63,135 nucleotides of DNA from the sequence record SRR20825010_80. One strand, 5' to 3'. Under the pieces are notes generated by a model. The model worked only from the letters and a program-made list of their open reading frames with translations, was not told the origin of the DNA and made no database searches. Every line of letters begins with the position of its first letter. The first letter of the stretch is position 1. Shown one piece after another: positions 30,322 to 40,409 of the stretch. The position numbers and the translations under genes are program-made.

Positions 30322-30961
30322 GATTAAAGTTTTAGTAGCAGACGATCATCAAGTAATTATTGATGGCTTAGAGGCCATCATCAGCACCACTGATCACCTT
30401 GAGTTTATAGGAGGGGCATCAAATGGCAAAGAGGTGATTACCAAAGTAGAATCTCAGGCTGTCGACTTAGTATTAATGGATATCAATATGCCCGAAATGG
30501 ATGGCTTAGAGTGCACAGCATACCTCAACAAACACTATCCAAAAATCCGAGTGATTGCCTTGAGCATGCATGATAACCCCAGACTTGCCAAACGCATGAT
30601 CAAAAATGGAGCATTTGGCTTCCTCCTAAAAAATTCGAGTAAAGTGAATATACTCAAAGCCATCTCGGAAGTGATGGAAGGAAGAAATTTTTTTGACCCC
30701 ATGCTGATGTCTACCTTTTTCGATGCCGATAACAAAAAGTCATCGAGCAGTTTTTCAAAAAAGGACCTACTAACCAAACGCGAAATTCAGATCATTCAAC
30801 TGATCTGTCAGGAAAAAACCACAACAGAAATTGCAGACGAACTTTCCATTAGCACCCACACAGTTGAAAGTCACCGAGGGAATATTATGCTCAAGCTAGA
30901 ACTCAAAAATTCTGTGGGACTTGTAAAATGGGCCATTCAAAACGAGGTGATCGAGCTTTAA
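30314..30961 (+). CDS. NarL/LuxR-family response regulator
   Basis: ADDH, MDINMP, LTKRE...TVESHR. Confidence 0.94.
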   Translation: MDKIKVLVADDHQVIIDGLEAIISTTDHLEFIGGASNGKEVITKVESQAVDLVLMDINMPEMDGLECTAYLNKHYPKIRVIALSMHDNPRLAKRMIKNGAFGFLLKNSSKVNILKAISEVMEGRNFFDPMLMSTFFDADNKKSSSSFSKKDLLTKREIQIIQLICQEKTTTEIADELSISTHTVESHRGNIMLKLELKNSVGLVKWAIQNEVIEL

Positions 30962-30967
30962 TTGAGC

Positions 30968-30998
30968 AAAAAAATTCCGCTTTTTTCGGAGCGGAATT
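30968..30998. terminator. Intrinsic terminator between convergent genes
   Basis: A tract plus AATTCCGCT...AGCGGAATT inverted repeat. Confidence 0.7.
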
Positions 30999-31004
30999 GA
31001 ATTC

Positions 31005-31628
31005 TTAAACATTCGACCAAGCCTTTTGGCCGGGTTCATAAGGAATACAACCCTCATACTTCATAGGAATAGGGTCGTATGACATCACCTCTTTCCCTAC
31101 TAATTCTGAAGAAAAATAACTCCATATGGTAGAGTCTACCACATTGGTTACAAAGTAGGTTTCAACAAAAACATTGTCCTTCTCTCCTTCCTTCCTGAAT
31201 TCGGCTCGGTAGTTTCTGAGGATTTCTCTGTCTGCCTCATATTTATCAAAATAGCCGCTAATTGCGTCCGTCATTTGTTCTGTGGTAGCCTTATCAAAAC
31301 CTACCTCCTGATTTACGTTAAAATTGGATACAAAAACAATCAAGCCTCTTTTGAAATACTCTGCTTCCCTATCTTTATAAATATTGGCTAAAGCAGAATC
31401 TAAATGACTAGGTACACCCGCTTCGATAGCACCAGGCGTGCTCGTTTTTGGCATTATCCCCTCACAAATTTTACCTAACTGGCTTGCCTCATCGGCTGTT
31501 AAATAAGCCGGTTTCCAATCTGCTTCTGTAACAGAAGAACACCCCTGCAATGCGCCAAAAAAAACGGTAGAGGTAAACAAAGCCATCGATCCGAATCCTA
31601 AGTTTTTTAATGCTTCTCTTCTTTCCAT
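31005..31628 (-). CDS. Gluconate 2-dehydrogenase subunit 3 family protein (Tat-exported partner of GMC oxidoreductase)
   Basis: MERREALK twin-arginine motif, P.T.TPGA..AGV, YFSSE.VG...Y.PIP. Confidence 0.85.
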   Translation of the reverse strand: MERREALKNLGFGSMALFTSTVFFGALQGCSSVTEADWKPAYLTADEASQLGKICEGIMPKTSTPGAIEAGVPSHLDSALANIYKDREAEYFKRGLIVFVSNFNVNQEVGFDKATTEQMTDAISGYFDKYEADREILRNYRAEFRKEGEKDNVFVETYFVTNVVDSTIWSYFSSELVGKEVMSYDPIPMKYEGCIPYEPGQKAWSNV

Positions 31629-31631
31629 GGT

Positions 31632-33386
31632 TTATAAATTTCCTTTTCCAATTTGATCTACAGCGTAATTGGCGGCCCTAGCGGTAAAGGCCATATAACC
31701 AAGTGATGGGTTATGACATGCCGATGAGGTCATGAAAGAACCATCAGTGACGAATACATTCTTACACGCATGAACTTGGTTCCACTTATTCAGTACCGAA
31801 GTCTTAGGGTCATGTCCCATTCTGGCCGTGCCCATTTCATGAATACCCAAGCCCATATTTGGCCCATTATCATAACTCCCCACGTTTTTAAAACCTGCTG
31901 CTTCTAACATTTCTTTACCCGAAGCGGCCATATCTTTACGCATTTCATATTCGTTTTCATGAAAATTACCTGCGTCAAAGATCACTTGTGGTAAACCCCA
32001 TGCATCAAGGTTTTCATAATCTAATCGCATATGGTTTTTATGCTGTGGAAGTGTTTCGCCAAAACCCATAAAGCCAATTGTCCAGCCTCCGGGTGTCATC
32101 CAAGCATCTTTTACGGCTCCTCCGACCCTTTTATTATTCATTTCCGCAATATTTCTACCCCAACCTTGACGAGAAGCACTGCCCTGATAACCATAACCTC
32201 TGACGAAGTTTTTTACATCGGATACCCCTCCTAAATTTCTAAATCGAGGAATATAAAGACCATTCGGCCTTCTGCCTTTGTAATATTTATCTTCATAACC
32301 TTCCACTTTTGCACTAGCACCAACGCCAAGGTGATGGTCCATGATATTATGCCCTAATTCACCGCTATCGTTACCTAGTCCATTCGGGAAACGCTCACTT
32401 TTTGATTGCATTAAAATGGCAGCAGAGGCAATGGCCGAAGCGCAAAGGAAAATTACTTTCGCATAGAATTCGGTTTGCTCTTTCGTGTTCTGATCAATCA
32501 CTCTCACTCCAGTAGCTTTCCCTGTTTTATCATCGTAAATCACTTCACTGACAATCTGATCTGTAATGACAGTCAAATTTCCAGATTCCACTCCTGCGGG
32601 TAAAGTGGAAGAAAGACTAGAAAAGTAACCACCATAGGGACAACCACGCATACAGCGATTTCGCATTAGGCATTGGCTTCTAGCACCCGGATTTTTATGG
32701 TCCGGCTGATTTACATTTAAAGCTTCAGTAAGGTGAGCCGTTCGCCCCACAGTCACCCAACGGTTATTCCATTTGCTTTCTACTGCCTTCTGAAAATCCT
32801 TTTCTACGCAGTTCATTTCCATTGGGGGAAGAAACTCTCCATCAGGCAATTGCTCAAAACCACGCTTCTCACCGCTTACACCAATATAGCGTTCCACATA
32901 ATCATACCAAGGTTTAATATCTTTGTACCGAACAGGCCAATCCACCCCAAAACCATCTTTACTATTCGCTTCAAAGTCTATATCACTGAGTCGGTAACTT
33001 TGGCGCCCCCAAGTAAGAGATCGGCCACCCAAGTGGTAACCGCGCATCCAGTCGAAACGTGTATTTTCTTCCTGATAAGGATGTTCAGAATCTTTCACAA
33101 AGAAATGACGATGGGCCACATTGGTGGTGTACCCTGTTCTGTCTTGTTTCGGATAATCCTTTTCGATTATTTCTGGATTCGTTCTGCCGCGGTTTGGCAG
33201 ATCCCAAGTGTCCATATTGGCGGTATGGTAATCTTTGATGTGCTCAATTTTACGACCGCGTTCTATCACCACGGTTTTGAGCCCTTTTTCACTGAGCTCT
33301 TTAGCGGCCCAGCCACCACTTACACCAGAGCCAACGACTATTGCATCATAGGTTCGTTGTTGCTTAGACTTTAGGTTTAGATTCAT
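31632..33386 (-). CDS. GMC-family FAD oxidoreductase (glycoside 3-dehydrogenase-like)
   Basis: GSGVSGGWAAKEL, GGRSLTWGR, HEMGTARMG, NPSL. Confidence 0.92.
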   Translation of the reverse strand: MNLNLKSKQQRTYDAIVVGSGVSGGWAAKELSEKGLKTVVIERGRKIEHIKDYHTANMDTWDLPNRGRTNPEIIEKDYPKQDRTGYTTNVAHRHFFVKDSEHPYQEENTRFDWMRGYHLGGRSLTWGRQSYRLSDIDFEANSKDGFGVDWPVRYKDIKPWYDYVERYIGVSGEKRGFEQLPDGEFLPPMEMNCVEKDFQKAVESKWNNRWVTVGRTAHLTEALNVNQPDHKNPGARSQCLMRNRCMRGCPYGGYFSSLSSTLPAGVESGNLTVITDQIVSEVIYDDKTGKATGVRVIDQNTKEQTEFYAKVIFLCASAIASAAILMQSKSERFPNGLGNDSGELGHNIMDHHLGVGASAKVEGYEDKYYKGRRPNGLYIPRFRNLGGVSDVKNFVRGYGYQGSASRQGWGRNIAEMNNKRVGGAVKDAWMTPGGWTIGFMGFGETLPQHKNHMRLDYENLDAWGLPQVIFDAGNFHENEYEMRKDMAASGKEMLEAAGFKNVGSYDNGPNMGLGIHEMGTARMGHDPKTSVLNKWNQVHACKNVFVTDGSFMTSSACHNPSLGYMAFTARAANYAVDQIGKGNL

Positions 33387-33541
33387 TCAATTCCTTTTTA
33401 TTTCAAAAAATAACGCAGTTAAACCGAAGAGGCTTTACTGACCGACTAGAAATATAAGAAATATCAATCGTAATCTCAGCGACAATGATCCAGAAGGAAA
33501 TTGCCGACTCAAATTTTTAAGGGGCAAAAAAGGTATGGAGC

Positions 33542-33572
33542 AAAAAAAACCCCGAATTACCGGGGTTGCTTT
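33542..33572 (-). terminator. Intrinsic terminator after the DUF2795 gene
   Basis: AACCCCG-AATTAC-CGGGGTT preceded on the plus strand by an A tract. Confidence 0.75.
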
Positions 33573-33794
33573 TCAATATTCATCTTCGTTAAAAAAGAAA
33601 TCGTCTTTTGTGGGATAGTCAGGCCATATCTCTTCGATACTTTCATAAGGCTGACCATCGTCTTCTAATTCCTGGAGGTTTTCAACCACCTCAAGTGGGG
33701 CTCCCGATCTAATAGAAAAGTCGATTAACTCATCTTTAGTCGCAGGCCAAGGGGCGTCTTCCAAGTAAGAAGCTAGTTCAAGTGTCCAATACAT
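33573..33794 (-). CDS. DUF2795 small acidic protein
   Basis: MYWTLELASYLEDAPWPATKDELID, a highly conserved Bacteroidota sequence. Confidence 0.92.
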   Translation of the reverse strand: MYWTLELASYLEDAPWPATKDELIDFSIRSGAPLEVVENLQELEDDGQPYESIEEIWPDYPTKDDFFFNEDEY

Positions 33795-33918
33795 TTCTTA
33801 TCTTTTTTAATGGCGTGCAAAAGAATGAATTAAACCTTAAAAATCAAACCTATGTACCCAATTATTTTTTTATTAAAAAAGAGGCCCTTTCAAAAAGACA
33901 ACTACCTGACTTTTAAAG

Positions 33919-35151
33919 CTATGCGCCAGCTTTAAACTGTCGCAAAATCTCCTCTTTTACTTTTACCTTCCTTTCTTGGAGTTCAAGCTTGCCACCAATC
34001 AGCTTATCTAAACCCGAACTCGTGTTAAATTTTTCTAAATTTTCTTGAAAAGTAGAAAGCTCAGCCCTGTCTCTATGAAGTAAATCATAAGCAATTTTCA
34101 ATCTAACTCTTTCTTTATCAGCCTCGTTTTGCTTGCCTTTGAGTTTCTTATACATCAAGCTTTCAATGAACTGCTTTTCGGCTATTTGGTCGATCAAGAA
34201 TAGGAATTCTCCCTGAAGTTTATCCATTTCAGACCTACTTACAGGCCCCAAATGCTTCCATTTATCCCTCAGCTCTTTTACATTGGCTACTGGCACAATT
34301 TTCTCATTCAGCACCGCCAATTCTTTCAAAAACTCGGTGCGGCTTTCTAGGTTTTCCTTCTTGTTTCCAACCTTGGCCTTCCCTTCTTTTTTTGCTTTCG
34401 CCAAAGCCGACTTAATGATGGCCTGAAACTTATTCCAAAACTCAGTACGAACTTCAGCCTTTATTCTTCCCAAGTCTTTCCATTCTTCTTTCAGCGTTCT
34501 AATTTTCTCAACCAGAACAGTATAACTTTCAATCTCTTTGAGCTTTTCGGCACCCTCCAGAAACTCCTGATAATTAGACTCTTTGTCCTTCATCATCTTT
34601 TCGAGGTCGGCATAAAATGCAGCCCTGCGCTCGAAAAAGCCATCCAATATTACTTTGAAGCCTCCTTCTATTCGTTCCTTTTCAGCATCGTCAACAGCAC
34701 CTGTCTTAATCCATCTGCGCTGCACTTCTTTTACTTCGGCAGTTGCAGATTTCCATTCACTGCTTTTAACAGCCTCTTCTAGCTCAGCCAACAAAGCGGT
34801 TTTTATTTCCAGGTTCTTCAATCGGTTTTGTTGAATAAAGCCATTCAATTGCTCTTCCAACAAATCCAATTTGCGATAGAGTTCTTCAAAATCACCGATC
34901 GCATCAAAATCATGCAGTGTTTCTTTAAGGTGAAGTACCTTCATGAGGTAAGAACCCTTATTTTCAGTGCCGTTGATTTTTTCTTCTACCTCATTTACTT
35001 TGGTCTGTGCCAAAGCAAATCGCTCGGTATAATAAAGCACTGCGCCCTCTTCCGTTTCCTTCACTTCCCCGATCTCTTTATCTGCATAATCGAGAAATGC
35101 TTTCCTGAAAACCTTGCCTTCTTTGATAAATCCGTATTCCTTTTCTTCCAA
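33919..35151 (-). CDS. DUF349 repeat protein
   Basis: Helical repeats with W...G.V/I and LW.KF-like motifs; TTG start. Confidence 0.8.
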   Translation of the reverse strand: MEEKEYGFIKEGKVFRKAFLDYADKEIGEVKETEEGAVLYYTERFALAQTKVNEVEEKINGTENKGSYLMKVLHLKETLHDFDAIGDFEELYRKLDLLEEQLNGFIQQNRLKNLEIKTALLAELEEAVKSSEWKSATAEVKEVQRRWIKTGAVDDAEKERIEGGFKVILDGFFERRAAFYADLEKMMKDKESNYQEFLEGAEKLKEIESYTVLVEKIRTLKEEWKDLGRIKAEVRTEFWNKFQAIIKSALAKAKKEGKAKVGNKKENLESRTEFLKELAVLNEKIVPVANVKELRDKWKHLGPVSRSEMDKLQGEFLFLIDQIAEKQFIESLMYKKLKGKQNEADKERVRLKIAYDLLHRDRAELSTFQENLEKFNTSSGLDKLIGGKLELQERKVKVKEEILRQFKAGA

Positions 35152-35255
35152 AACGCTAAGATTGAATTTTGCCCGAAATTAGCTAAATAACCTCAGCAAG
35201 AAATTCCCAAGCATAATTTTTAGCATATTTGCGTCAAAATAGAACGATATAGACT

Positions 35256-36935
35256 ATGAGTGACGAAAAAATTATTTTTTCAATGGCTGGGGTCAATAAA
35301 ATTTACCCCCCACAGAAGCAAGTCTTAAAAAATATCTACCTCTCGTTTTTTTACGGAGCAAAGATTGGTGTGCTTGGACTTAACGGTTCGGGTAAATCCT
35401 CACTCCTTCGGATTATTGCTGGTGTAGACACAGAATACCAAGGCGAAGTGGTTTTCTCACCAGGTTATAGCGTAGGCATGCTAGAGCAAGAGCCTCAGCT
35501 TGATCCAAATAAAACGGTAAAACAGGTAGTAGAAGAAGGCGCAAAAGAAACAGTTGATTTGCTGAACAAGTTTGAAGAGATCAACGCAAAATTTGCTGAC
35601 CCCGAAATTCTTGATGATCCAGACAAAATGAACAAGCTTATTGAAGAGCAAGGAAAGGTTCAGGAAAAACTAGATCATATAAACGCTTGGGATTTAGACA
35701 GCAGGTTAGAAAGGGCGATGGATGCACTAAGAACGCCCCCATCTGATGCTTCAATCAAAAATCTTTCTGGAGGAGAAAAAAGAAGAGTTGCCTTGTGCCG
35801 CTTGTTGATTCAAGAGCCAGATGTATTATTACTGGATGAGCCAACCAACCACTTAGATGCAGAATCTGTGCACTGGCTTGAGCAGTATTTGCAGCGCTAT
35901 AAGGGAACCGTAATTGCCGTAACTCACGATCGTTACTTCCTAGATAATGTGGCGGGATGGATTCTTGAGCTAGACCGTGGCGAAGGAATTCCTTGGAAAG
36001 GGAATTACTCTTCTTGGCTAGACCAAAAGCAAGTACGATTAGCTGGTGAAGAAAAAACTGAATCAAAAAGACAGAAAACCTTACAGCGCGAGTTGGAATG
36101 GGTAAGAATGTCGCCTAAAGGCAGACAAGCCAAAGCCAAAGCCCGTTTGAGCGCTTATGACAAATTATTAGGTCAGGAGGGCAAAGAAAAAGAAGCAAAA
36201 TTGGAGCTTTACATTCCACCAGGGGAAAGATTAGGTTCGAAAGTGATTGAAGCGCATAATGTAGCCAAGGCTTTCGGAGATAAACTTTTATATGAGAACC
36301 TAGAGTTTTCACTTCCTCAAGGGGGTATTGTTGGAATTATTGGACCTAATGGTGCTGGTAAAACCACGCTTTTCAACATGATTACGGGAAAAGAGGCGCC
36401 AGACCAAGGGGAATTTATTGTTGGACCAACTGTAGACATTGCCTATGTTGACCAAGAGCACGACAATCTTGATCCTAACAAATCTGTTTGGGAAGTAATT
36501 ACGGGAGGAAATGAATTGATTACGCTCGGAGGAAAAGAAATGAACTCAAGGGCTTATGTAAGTAAATTCAACTTTAACGGAACCGACCAAAACAAAAAAG
36601 TTGGTCAGTTATCCGGTGGAGAAAGAAACCGGGTGCACTTGGCGCTCACGTTGAAACAAGGCGCTAACCTCTTATTACTCGATGAACCTACCAACGACCT
36701 TGATGTAAACACATTGAGAGCATTAGAAGAAGGTTTGGACAACTTTGGTGGTTGTGCGGTAATTATTTCTCACGATAGATGGTTCTTAGACAGAGTTTGT
36801 ACTCATATTCTTGCTTTTGAAGGCAACTCTCAAGTCTATTGGTTCGAAGGTGGTTATTCAGAATATGAAGACAACCGTAAGAAGCGTTTAGGAGACTCTG
36901 GCCCAACAAGGATTAAATATAAGAAGCTGAATTAA
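35256..36935 (+). CDS. ettA: Energy-dependent translational throttle ABC-F protein
   Basis: Tandem ABC domains, LSFFYGAKIGVLG, GEGIPWKGNYSSWL, ELEWVR. Confidence 0.96.
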   Translation: MSDEKIIFSMAGVNKIYPPQKQVLKNIYLSFFYGAKIGVLGLNGSGKSSLLRIIAGVDTEYQGEVVFSPGYSVGMLEQEPQLDPNKTVKQVVEEGAKETVDLLNKFEEINAKFADPEILDDPDKMNKLIEEQGKVQEKLDHINAWDLDSRLERAMDALRTPPSDASIKNLSGGEKRRVALCRLLIQEPDVLLLDEPTNHLDAESVHWLEQYLQRYKGTVIAVTHDRYFLDNVAGWILELDRGEGIPWKGNYSSWLDQKQVRLAGEEKTESKRQKTLQRELEWVRMSPKGRQAKAKARLSAYDKLLGQEGKEKEAKLELYIPPGERLGSKVIEAHNVAKAFGDKLLYENLEFSLPQGGIVGIIGPNGAGKTTLFNMITGKEAPDQGEFIVGPTVDIAYVDQEHDNLDPNKSVWEVITGGNELITLGGKEMNSRAYVSKFNFNGTDQNKKVGQLSGGERNRVHLALTLKQGANLLLLDEPTNDLDVNTLRALEEGLDNFGGCAVIISHDRWFLDRVCTHILAFEGNSQVYWFEGGYSEYEDNRKKRLGDSGPTRIKYKKLN

Positions 36936-36953
36936 TCAATTTTCAATGCAACT

Positions 36954-36989
36954 AAAAAAATGCCTCATTGATATCAGTGAGGCATTTTT
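36954..36989. terminator. Bidirectional intrinsic terminator
   Basis: AAAAAAATGCCTCATTG-ATAT-CAGTGAGGCATTTTT. Confidence 0.88.
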
Positions 36990-37012
36990 GTTTCTAACCA
37001 AGTTCCTTCAAC

Positions 37013-37417
37013 TTAGAAATGAAACTCAATGGTCTGTTTTAGCTCTTCTCGCAAGCTCTGCGCCACTGGGCAAGTCAAACCAATCTCCTTGACCCAATCT
37101 CTGTCTTCTTGATTCAGTTGGCAACCCTCCCAAAAAAAGTCAAGTTTAATTTCCGAGATTCTACGAGGGTTCGCACTCATTATTTTTATTGATTCTACAT
37201 TCATTCCTTCCATGCTAAGGCCTTTCTTTTCTCCAGCAATGGCCATAACGGTCATCATACAGCTACCCAATGCGGCTGCAACAAGGTCGGTAGGAGAAAA
37301 GGCCTCACCTTTCCCATTGTTATCTACAGGGGCATCGGTAACAATACCATTCCCAGACTTTACATGAACGGCTTCGGTACTTAAGTTTCCCGTATATTTT
37401 GATTTAACAGTGATCAT
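37013..37417 (-). CDS. OsmC-family protein
   Basis: TDAPVDNNGKG..FSPTDL...LGSC and TCPV. Confidence 0.9.
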   Translation of the reverse strand: MITVKSKYTGNLSTEAVHVKSGNGIVTDAPVDNNGKGEAFSPTDLVAAALGSCMMTVMAIAGEKKGLSMEGMNVESIKIMSANPRRISEIKLDFFWEGCQLNQEDRDWVKEIGLTCPVAQSLREELKQTIEFHF

Positions 37418-37478
37418 AAACTAAGCAGTATTTTTTTTCGTTAATTTAGCAATCTCAAATAGAGCTACAACACCAAGT

Positions 37479-38207
37479 ATGCAAATTAGTGCCAAAGTTT
37501 TTATAGTCATCTTGTTCTCATTTATTTGTAACACTAGTTTTGGTCAGTCGAATTTTGGCTTTGACACAAGACTTGAAGACGAAGAATATGAAATTGAAAA
37601 TGTTTTTGGAGCCTCTCATGCTTCAAACAGCGGTCTCATAAGTTCTTTATTTTGGCGACACTCAAATTCATTTGACAAAAAGAACTTAGCACATTATGGG
37701 GTAGAGCTGGCCAATACACGACACCCAAGAGAATCGCGACAAACCACCATTACAGGAAATAGTTTTGTGATCGGAAAATCTAATTACCTCATTTCCATCC
37801 GCCCTTACTATGGAAGAGAAAAAGTATTATTTCAAAAATCACAGCAACAGGGGGTAAGAATTTCTGCCATGGTTTCTGCAGGCCCCACTCTTGGCTTAGA
37901 AACGCCTTACTATGTGAATTATAGAGGGAGAAAGGAACAGTATGACCCAAACATACATTCTGTGAATAATATTAATGGAACAACTGGGCTATTAAAAGGG
38001 CTCTTTCAATCGAAATTTGTACCAGGGCTTCATTTTAAAACCTCAATGACTTTCGAAACCAACTCTACAAAAAATAGGGTTTTTGGCATTCAGGCAGGCT
38101 TTGTTGTAGAGGCTTTCACACGTAAAATCAACATACTTCCAGAGGCCGAAAATAAGAATGTTTACTCTGCCGCATTCATTGCCGTTTATTTTGGTAAAAG
38201 AAGATAA
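37479..38207 (+). CDS. Hypothetical exported / outer-membrane beta protein
   Basis: Signal peptide, alternating beta strands, C-terminal YFGKRR. Confidence 0.7.
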   Translation: MQISAKVFIVILFSFICNTSFGQSNFGFDTRLEDEEYEIENVFGASHASNSGLISSLFWRHSNSFDKKNLAHYGVELANTRHPRESRQTTITGNSFVIGKSNYLISIRPYYGREKVLFQKSQQQGVRISAMVSAGPTLGLETPYYVNYRGRKEQYDPNIHSVNNINGTTGLLKGLFQSKFVPGLHFKTSMTFETNSTKNRVFGIQAGFVVEAFTRKINILPEAENKNVYSAAFIAVYFGKRR

Positions 38208-38239
38208 GCTACTTTCATACCATTTCGGAACCTTTGCCT

Positions 38240-38247
38240 TACCTTTG
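38240..38247 (+). promoter_or_regulatory. Bacteroidota -7 promoter box for lipA
   Basis: TACCTTTG; supports the ATG at 38276. Confidence 0.6.
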
Positions 38248-38275
38248 TGGTATTGTTAGTCAGAGGAGAAAAAGG

Positions 38276-39157
38276 ATGATTGAACTACCAGTAATTTCCA
38301 AAGAAAAAGATACCAGAAGAAAAAAACCGGATTGGTTGCGTGTAAAACTTCCTATTGGTGAAGAATACGCCAAAGTTCGTAAGCTGGTTGATCAATATAA
38401 ACTTCATACCATTTGCGAAAGCGGTAATTGCCCAAATATGGGGGAATGCTGGGGAGCAGGTACTGCTACGTTTATGATTTTAGGCAATGTGTGTACCCGA
38501 AGCTGCTCGTTTTGCGCAGTAGCCACAGGTCGTCCACCAGAATACGATACCGAAGAGCCTAAAAGAGTAGCCGAAGCGATTAAGTTGATGGGTGTTAAGC
38601 ACGCTGTACTTACTTCTGTAAACAGAGATGAGCTAAAAGACCGAGGCGCAGAGATCTGGTACCAAACGGTAGTAGAAACCAAAAAATTAAGCCCTGAAAC
38701 AACCATAGAAACACTTATTCCTGATGTTAAAGGGAATTGGGACGCCTTATACAGAATGATCGATGCAGGTCAGGAAGTGGTTTCACACAACATGGAAACT
38801 GTTGAAGAGCTTTATAGAAGGGTTCGCCCTCAGGCCAAATACGCTAGGAGCTTAGAAGAATTAAAACGTATTAAGGAATACGGCAAGCGTTCTAAATCTG
38901 GTGCCATGTTAGGTTTAGGCGAAACTGACGAACAAGTATTCAGATTGATGGATGATTTGGCCGAAGTAAAGCTTGATATTTTGACTTTAGGCCAGTATTT
39001 GCAGCCTACCAAAATGCACCATGAAGTAATTGAATACGTTCACCCTGATAAGTTTGAATTCTTTAAAGAAGAAGGGCTGAAGCGAGGAATCAAATATGTA
39101 GAATCTGGCGCATTGGTTAGGTCATCGTATCACGCAGAAAGACACGTTCACGTATAA
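38276..39157 (+). CDS. lipA: Lipoyl synthase
   Basis: [35 protein letters not shown]. Confidence 0.97.
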   Translation: MIELPVISKEKDTRRKKPDWLRVKLPIGEEYAKVRKLVDQYKLHTICESGNCPNMGECWGAGTATFMILGNVCTRSCSFCAVATGRPPEYDTEEPKRVAEAIKLMGVKHAVLTSVNRDELKDRGAEIWYQTVVETKKLSPETTIETLIPDVKGNWDALYRMIDAGQEVVSHNMETVEELYRRVRPQAKYARSLEELKRIKEYGKRSKSGAMLGLGETDEQVFRLMDDLAEVKLDILTLGQYLQPTKMHHEVIEYVHPDKFEFFKEEGLKRGIKYVESGALVRSSYHAERHVHV

Positions 39158-39186
39158 GAAAAGAGGCGCCAATGGCGCCTCTTTTC
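39158..39186. terminator. Bidirectional intrinsic terminator
   Basis: GAAAAGAGGCGCC-AAT-GGCGCCTCTTTTC. Confidence 0.9.
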
Positions 39187-39205
39187 ATTTATCAATTGTC
39201 GGCTT

Positions 39206-39736
39206 TTAGAAAACTCTAATCCACACACCAGGTATCCAAACTCGAATACCACCTATAACGCTGTAGCGACCATCTTGCCATCGGTGATAGTCACGTTTCA
39301 TAGTCCAGTGACCAGAAACCCAAACATCCCTTCTCAGCCTTCTATTGTATTCCCAGTAGCCGTTTACCCAAATATGTCTGCTGCTAGGGGCAGCACTTCT
39401 ATAAACTACATTCCGTCTTCCATTTCTAAAATCATAGTCGTAATATGAGTTGTTAACTCTTTTCCAATTATTGTCTCTTCTTGAATCTGTGTAACGGTAG
39501 CCGTTATTTCGAACCACCACTTTTTTCACTACAGTTTCTGTCCTCCCGTTTCGGGTAGTTCTAGTGTTGTAAACTTTCTTACGATCATCGTTTCTTCCAC
39601 GATTATCATCTCGTTTTTCAACTTTACTTTTACCTCGGTTGTTTCGGCTATCATTACTTCGCCTCTGAGCCTGTATCTCTCCTTCGGCAAAAAGCCCAAC
39701 CACCATAATTCCTACAAACAGTATTACTCTTTTCAT
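39206..39736 (-). CDS. Secreted Arg-rich protein with WxxGxW (YXWGXW-like) repeats
   Basis: Signal peptide, low-complexity R/N/D region, WVNGYW, WVSGHW, WQDGRY, WIPGVW. Confidence 0.8.
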   Translation of the reverse strand: MKRVILFVGIMVVGLFAEGEIQAQRRSNDSRNNRGKSKVEKRDDNRGRNDDRKKVYNTRTTRNGRTETVVKKVVVRNNGYRYTDSRRDNNWKRVNNSYYDYDFRNGRRNVVYRSAAPSSRHIWVNGYWEYNRRLRRDVWVSGHWTMKRDYHRWQDGRYSVIGGIRVWIPGVWIRVF

Positions 39737-39975
39737 AACCTTGATATTTAAGTTTTCAACAAGGGTCGACCATTTTATTAATGCATTACAGGCTCACATT
39801 TCCATTATCGTGCCAAAAAGAAAATGGGTTTAGAGAAAAGAATTTCTGAATTCAACATTCTACTTGTTCCTGGCAGAACAAATCGGTAAAATTGCACTCG
39901 CATTGACAAATAGTAAGTAGCTCAATCATTGAGAATAATAATTGTTTGGCTCTTTGGTAAATTTCAACATTAGTG

Positions 39976-40006
39976 TTTGCAAATATTATTATAAGACTTA
40001 TCTTTG
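39976..40006 (+). promoter_or_regulatory. Bacteroidota sigma70 promoter for rpsT
   Basis: TTTG (-33), 19-bp spacer, TATCTTTG (-7). Confidence 0.75.
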
Positions 40007-40041
40007 CGTCCCGAATTTGAGAAATTGTAAGTAATAAATAC

Positions 40042-40293
40042 ATGGCAAATCATAAGTCTGCATTAAAAAGAATACGTTCGAACGAGGCTAAACGATTGAG
40101 AAACCGTTATCAGCACAAAACCACTCGTACTTACATCAAGAGATTGAGAGATACCTCTGATAAAGCTGAGGCTCAAGAGTTATTGAAGAAGGTTATTGGA
40201 ATGGTGGATAAATTGGCTAAAACCAATATCATCCATAAAAACAAAGCTGCCAATAACAAATCGAAATTAACCAAGATGGTAAACAGCCTTTAA
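40042..40293 (+). CDS. rpsT: 30S ribosomal protein S20
   Basis: [12 protein letters not shown]...[11 protein letters not shown]. Confidence 0.98.
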   Translation: MANHKSALKRIRSNEAKRLRNRYQHKTTRTYIKRLRDTSDKAEAQELLKKVIGMVDKLAKTNIIHKNKAANNKSKLTKMVNSL

Positions 40294-40316
40294 GGTTGAA
40301 TTTGTAAAAATACTTG

Positions 40317-40347
40317 AAACCGAACTCTTCAGGGTTCGGTTTTTTTT
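40317..40347 (+). terminator. Intrinsic terminator after rpsT
   Basis: AAACCGAACTC-TTCA-GGGTTCGGTTT followed by a T tract. Confidence 0.88.
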
Positions 40348-40409
40348 GTTGTCCAATATTTAATATTCATAAGCTTTTATTATATTCAGTCTTCCCATTC
40401 TAATATAAA

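Noticed and set aside
32733-33374. 213-aa plus-strand ORF
   Set aside because: Shadow ORF antisense to the well-conserved GMC oxidoreductase, with no motifs; the other short overlapping ORFs in the track were rejected on the same grounds.
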